64,000 nucleotides of DNA, taken from Octopus bimaculoides. Lineage: Eukaryota. The position numbers were made by a program, and so were the translations under genes. Shown one piece after another: positions 62,303-64,000 of this stretch. The stretch spans positions 78,926,764 through 78,990,763 of the forward strand of contig NC_068990.1 in NCBI RefSeq assembly GCF_001194135.2, written 5' to 3'. The notes under the pieces were generated by a model that was not told where the DNA came from, did not search any database, and saw nothing but the letters and a program-made list of their open reading frames with translations. How positions within the stretch are numbered: the first letter of the stretch is position 1; each line of letters opens with the position of its first letter.

Positions 62303-62713
62303 TTTACTCTTTTACTCTTTCATTTGTTTCAGTCATTTGACTGCGGCCATGCTGGAGCACCGCCTTTAGTCGAGCAAATCGACCCCAGAACTTATTCTTT
62401 GTAAGCCTAGTACTTATTCTATCGGTCTCTTTTGCCGAACCGCTAAGTGACGGAGACATAAACACACCAGCATCAGTTGTCAAGCAATGCTAGGGGGACA
62501 AACACACACACAAACACACACACATATACATATACATATATATACACATATACGACGGGCTTTTTTCAGTTTCCGTCTACCAAATCCACTCACAAGGCTT
62601 TGGTCGGCCCGAGGCTATAGTAGAAGACACTTGCCCAAGGTGCCACGCAGTGGGACTGAACCCAGAACCATGTGGTTGATAAGCAAGCTACTTACCACAC
62701 AGCCACTCCTGCG
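62303..62713 (-). mobile_element. SINE family A, full-length reference copy with an internal microsatellite
   Basis: tRNA-like head (A-box TGGCTGTGTGG, B-box GGTTCAGTCCC), body, (TA/TG)n spacer, 3' domain and (AAAGAGT)n tail. Confidence 0.92.
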
Positions 62714-63967
62714 ACTATGGTTTTGTATATTTATTTATTTGTGTGGTTTTCTTGTTTTTGTTTGTGCCCTCGTGTACATGTGTCTGGTTTGTTGGTGAAT
62801 ATTTGCGTCCATATCTGTCGGTCTAAGCGTTTCTAGATTTTCTATGAAAGTATGAAGAAATGGAAAAGTATGTATATATTTTCTTGTGTCTATAACGTAG
62901 TGACAATTTGAGAATGGGTTTGTTCTAGTCTTATATAAAGTTTATGAATATTGAAGTATGTGTTCAGTTTTCATAAGCCCCCTCTGGCAAATAGGTTAGT
63001 TACCTCGCCGTGAATCTACCCTTCTAAAGGAGACGGAAATGAAGGCTCTTTGAAGTTTTAGTAAGCTCAGTTCCGTCTCTGACTCCCTAGTTTGGTGAAT
63101 TAGTCACGTGGCTGAGAACAACCTCGACAGTCGTTGATTTGGCAGAAATGGTTGGGAGTTTAGCTGGAACTCTTTTGATTCCAAGTTTAAATTACATCGG
63201 GAGTAGATTATCTTTAATTGGTTTGTGGCTGATTAAAGATTCAATATTTATTCGTCTTATTCGATTTTTCGCAATTCAAATATGGTGACGCTTTTGTCAG
63301 CCTCGATGATGACAATTTACTCGTTCGACCAATAGAATTCGAATCAGAAAATTAACGATTAAATCATTTCAGTATTTCACACGCGTCTTTAGCACAGTTC
63401 TCAAACTGACTCCTTGTGTCAAACTGCAACAACGCATGTCCCTTGAATTAAAAGTATAAATTGCAGAAAGGGACACACTAGGCTGCTTCTATATTTGTTG
63501 ACCCTGCAAACAAATTTCAGGTCTTTTATGGATCTTGAGACGTTTGGTGGTATAGAAGCAAATAGAAATTCATGTGTAATGCATTAGTGTTATCTTATAA
63601 TGTGCCAGACAAACTCTTTAGGAAAGGAAAATGGTGGCTCACATTGTACCCAGTTAGAGGAAACAAGATATTATGACATATTAAATATCAATATTCTAAA
63701 GACTCACGCTACGTTATTTTCTTGCTGTGTTTAATGTTTCCATTATATTTTTTAATTTCATACATCAGTTATTTTTTGCGGCAGACAACTTTAATTATCT
63801 TCTGGTTTATATCCGATGGCATATGATTTTTTCTGAGGATGAACATGAACATATGCGCGCGTGCGCATATGTCTTTCACAGTTGCATAAATATATTTCTG
63901 CTTGTCTGTCTCTCTGTTTGTACACATCAAAACCGTCATTAACTATCAACTGAAATATATGCACTTG

Positions 63968-64000
<33 letters not shown>

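Overview
Eukaryotic, AT-rich, draft-quality scaffold with about 16 N-gaps, most of them abutting microsatellites. The extreme microsatellite density and the tRNA-derived SINE families are consistent with an octopus (coleoid cephalopod) genome; this is inferred from repeat content. Most of the window is intronic or intergenic DNA filled with decayed transposable elements. These are: many R4/Dong-like LINE fragments with a restriction-like endonuclease (RLE), CR1, RTE and HERO-like LINE fragments, two Penelope-like elements, three mariner relics, a Helitron helicase end, a probable Tx1/L1-like gag relic, MITE-like hairpins and about 20 SINE copies of 3-4 families. No intact TE ORF is present. 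Four short plus-strand exon candidates (7202-7306, 17898-18017, 33392-33426, 48692-48803) splice in phase into the C-terminal ~123 aa of a Cys-rich protein that I cannot name. The most interesting structure is that the RLE LINEs fall into two sequence lineages tied to two different microsatellites, (TAA)n and (CATA)n, which suggests microsatellite-targeted insertion. There is no evidence of prokaryotic genes, CRISPR or rRNA. Most ORF-track entries are microsatellite or N-gap artefacts. TE boundaries are approximate, and family assignments come from motif recognition, not database searches.
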